A stretch of 58,135 nt of DNA, filler included, from Streblomastix strix (Eukaryota), in assembly GCA_008636045.1 (NCBI GenBank). It is 3 parts of 3 records of this genome, joined end to end, with 100 filler letters (N's around TTAATTAATTAA, not from the genome) between each part and the next. Parts side by side here need not be neighbours in the genome. Positions count along the whole stretch, not along the records: positions 38,826 to 58,135 come from SNRW01000525.1; 2 more parts are not named here. The stretch is one strand, 5' to 3'. The translations under genes were made by a program, and so were the position numbers. Below are positions 55,286 through 58,135 of the stretch, piece by piece; the first letter of the stretch is position 1; every line of letters starts with the position of its first letter. Under the pieces are notes generated by a model. The model saw only the letters and a program-made list of their open reading frames with translations, had not been told where the DNA came from and did no database searches.

Positions 55286-55405
55286 ATGAATGTCTTTTGA
55301 GTGTTCCGAGTGTTCTAAGTCAAAAAACTTTTATAAAAAAGCTGTGGCCAACTGGCTAACTGGCCAATTTATTAATGAAAAAAAAAATGTGAGAAAAATA
55401 AAAAT
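55286..55405 (+). repeat. Viral dispersed repeat copy R5
   Basis: ATGAATGTCTTTTGAGTGTTCCGAGTGTTCTAAGTCAAAAAACTTTTATAAAAAAGCTGTGGCCAACTGGCTAACTGGCCAA. Confidence 0.92.
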
Positions 55406-55443
55406 CTATTAACTATTTCAAATTATTTTAACAACTATTCCAC

Positions 55444-56215
55444 TCATTTCATATTATACCACTAATGCTTATTATTTCGTTAGTCATACATACTCATATC
55501 ATATTGTTTCTTTATCTGGTGATATTGAAGACTATTAGAAAAATTAATTAAATTTTAATCTGTTAAATGAACCGAAGAACCATAATGAATCAAGATTTGA
55601 CTTAATCGCAGCATCTAAACCAATAAAATCCTAAAAACAAAAGAAGTATGTTATTCTGGGCTAACGGTTCTAAAATAATTGCTTAAATAGTGGATTATTT
55701 TTATTTTTAAATATACTCATTGCATCATCAAATAAATCAATTGTACGAGGAAATTTTACGTTAAAATTACCTTCTCCACTAGCTCCAAATACATTGATTA
55801 ATATATTATTTTTTAATTCTTCCGTTACCTCTTTTTATAATTATTTTTCTAATATTTCATCATAAGCCTATTTACATTCTATCTAATCATTCAGCGCTTA
55901 ATCCGCTTCGTCATATGGAATAATTTTTGGAGGTATTTTAATAAAATTCTTCATCTTTTTGTAAGTGGTGTCATTATTTGAGTCGCTGACGTATATGAAT
56001 AGTGTATAACTATGTTTTTTAAATTAGTTTAATTTAATTAGCTCCTTGAAAGCGTTGTATGTCTTATCACTACCACGCTAACCTATCAATAAATTTACAG
56101 TTTAATATGTAAAATTTAATTCTTTATGAATAATTGTACAAATTTCGTGCATATTCACTTTTATTTCTTTTCATTTGTTATCTACTTTTTATGTTAAACA
56201 CGCCAATTTTTCCAT
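55444..56215 (-). pseudogene. A32-like (FtsK-HerA) DNA packaging ATPase
   Basis: Walker A VNLLIGQRGSDKT (G>D), Walker B TIDLFDD, then NRQPRITYFFCFQ (Arg finger and Gln sensor) and IKSNLD. Early in-frame TGA at ~56171. Confidence 0.85.
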
Positions 56216-56244
56216 ATAAAACTTTTATTTATCGATAAGAAATA

Positions 56245-57351
56245 GAATTGCATCATCATTAACAGAATAAAAATTACAAAAAATAATCGATTAAGAAGAA
56301 TCAAACGCAAAGAAAGAAACTGAAGCGAAAAAAAATAATAAGGTGCAGGTGGTAGTAGTTCAGGTGATTTGATAGAAATTGATGGAATGGAAGATGATTA
56401 CGATTATTATGAATCACAAGCAACAATATAAGACAGAATGAAATCACGAACAAAACTGTTTGGTAGGCTGCGATTTCATCCCAGTATGATTCAAAGAACA
56501 AGAACGCATGCAGGCACATAATTTAGAGAAGAGGCAGGCGATGTTCTTGCTACACTTGTCGGTTATTTGAACAGAGATATTAAGAAAATTAATAGGTTAT
56601 CGTCTGCTGTTAGTGCTCAAAAATATATTGACGATAAACATTTAGGCAAACGATTTAGTGTATAAGAATAAGACTTAGATGATAATTTAGCCACTCCTAA
56701 CAATATGGTTGTTTATGATAAGAAAAAGAATGCAATTCATTCAGTCGATGGTTATACGACAGCAGTATGATTTGGAGACCCAGAATATAAATATAAAAGA
56801 AATTCGAAGAAAAAATATTATTCAGATGTTAATGATTTAGAACGAGCTGCATTCGCTGCCAAATTAAAAGTATCTGGAATAAAAGGCGGCCCTTATATGA
56901 AATAGCTATCAATGACTAAGACGTATAAGGTAAGAGAAATAAAAAATTATTGTTTCAGAGCATTCACCATCAATGCCAAAAAAGTCATAGACCAAAATGG
57001 AGACGCATTATTGCAAATGGTAACCAAACAACAAATAATAGCATCTGCTTGGAATTCAGTACTTATTATTCCTGCCGTAGAAATATTAGAAAGATAAGAT
57101 GGAAAAATAGATATATGTAACAGAAGCAATAAAGGACATGTATAAAAAGGAGAATACGAATATTTACCACTTGCTAAAGGATAGTATAAGAAAGAATTAC
57201 CTACCGTTATTACTCAACTATATTAAACCGAAGATGTCGATGCTAGGATTAAGGAAGCTCTTGGATAAGCTATGTAATAATATGGTCAATTCTTACGAAG
57301 AGATAACAATAAATTAGTTGTTTCGATTTTGCTAAATATAAAGTCAAATGA
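56245..57351 (+). pseudogene. Hypothetical viral protein divergent from the ATPase (disrupted; start not identified)
   Basis: Long near-open frame VLATLVGYLNRDIKKINRL...DLDDNLATPNNMVVYDKKKNAIHSVDGY...MTKTYKVRE, ending at TGA 57349-57351. Internal TGA and frameshifts. Confidence 0.55.
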
Positions 57352-57361
57352 TTTAGGAGAA

Positions 57362-57513
57362 TTATTTTTTTATCACTTTTTGGCCAGTTGTCCAGTTAGC
57401 CACAGCTTTTTATAAAAGTTTCTGACTCGGAACTCTCGGAACATTCGGAAAGCTCAAAAAACATTCATAATCCGCATCATTTTCTCGTGCCAATTTCATA
57501 AAATTCATTGATG
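57362..57513 (-). repeat. Viral dispersed repeat copy R6 (inverted partner of R5; outer extension shared with R1)
   Basis: Plus strand reads TGGCCAGTTGTCCAGTTAGCCACAGCTTTTTATAAAAGTTTCTGACTCGGAACTCTCGGAACATTCGGAA...ATTTTCTCGTGCCAATTTC. Confidence 0.92.
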
Positions 57514-57582
57514 CTTCTACTCAATCCACCAAACACAATCCAATTTATTTATGTAATTATTTTTTATTTTTATCTCTAATAA

Positions 57583-58135
57583 ATGGCAGATAAATAGGGG
57601 TAAGACTCATAAAGACGACGTACGCCCCCGATTGTGCCTCAGATTGTGCCACCGTTAATGACTCAAGAATAACCAGATCTTTTACCATTAAATTTACCTC
57701 CTCATCAATCGCCCAGATAAACATAATAATAAATGACTTAAACGTAGGACTATATTATGTAAATGTAAGCAAGTAATTATTAACTATCGCTTGAATTATA
57801 AATGGAGCAACGGCAATAATTATTGACATAAATGCAGAATTATATTACGTAAATGTATGCACATAATAACCAATTATCGCCTGAACTGCAACCCGAACAA
57901 CAGGACGAAGCTCACGATGTGCGGATGGATTATCAAATGGATTTAAGACCTAAAAAATTAACTCAAAATATTATAAGAGAATTAATGTTTTTATATGACC
58001 CTGAAATATAATAGAAAATAAACATTAACGAATTAAGGTCTTAATTTTCATAAATTTTAGATAAAATCGGTTTAAATCACGGTAGAAACAATAGAGATAT
58101 AGTTCGAAATGCAATATTATAATCAGAACCATTTG
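57583..58135 (+). CDS. Hypothetical P/Q-rich viral protein, runs off the window
   Basis: MADKQGQDSQRRRTPPIVPQIVPPLMTQEQPDLLPLNLPP... stays open to the window end. Confidence 0.65.

Larger units (their letters stand above)
38826..58135. mobile_element. Endogenous Polinton/Maverick-like DNA virus (decaying; termini not seen)
   Basis: Compact intronless gene array with a PolB-like gene, primase-SF3 helicase, fibre-like repeat proteins, capsid-like gene, KilA-N and A32-like ATPase. Scattered TGA stops and frameshifts. Confidence 0.87.

Noticed and set aside
54900..55300. Possible small viral ORF between KilA-N and R5
   Set aside because: A frame is readable, but no clear start or family could be identified.
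43339..56173. TGA read-through (all three stops reassigned) in viral genes
   Set aside because: Internal TGAs replace different expected residues (Arg, Gly, possibly Trp) and co-occur with frameshifts, while intact genes end in TGA; pseudogenisation explains them better.
42705..57513. CRISPR-like or integron attC interpretation of the viral repeats
   Set aside because: The copies are kilobases apart and alternate in orientation, with no spacer array, cas gene or integron integrase, and the context is eukaryotic.

Overview
Very AT-rich eukaryotic (protist) genomic DNA. Coding regions read as long, conserved frames only if TAA/TAG encode Gln and TGA is the sole stop, so the supplied standard-code ORF track is mostly fragments and antisense shadows. 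The code, the short GT-AG introns and the gene families point to an oxymonad such as Streblomastix (inference). The window is three contigs joined by two artificial 100-bp linkers (N44-TTAATTAATTAA-N44 at 19316-19415 and 38726-38825). Contig 1 (1-19315): a ~2000-aa type I membrane surface protein with beta-helix-like repeats, a decayed DIRS-type tyrosine-recombinase retrotransposon, a PB1-domain gene, a SPRY-like gene and a disabled ABCC transporter. Contig 2 (19416-38725): housekeeping genes (phosducin-like, PRP17/CDC40, UDP-glucose pyrophosphorylase, NEK kinase, TTC27, Cid1-family nucleotidyltransferase, RRM protein) plus a 1.3-kb intergenic palindrome. Contig 3 (38826-58135): a decaying endogenous Polinton/Maverick-like DNA virus written in the host code (PolB, primase-SF3 helicase, fibre-like proteins, putative membrane-lytic protein, major capsid, KilA-N, packaging ATPase). 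Most striking: six copies of a structured ~100-200 bp repeat in strictly alternating orientation bracket the viral gene modules as three inverted pairs. All translations and alignments were done by eye, so exon boundaries and some starts are approximate.
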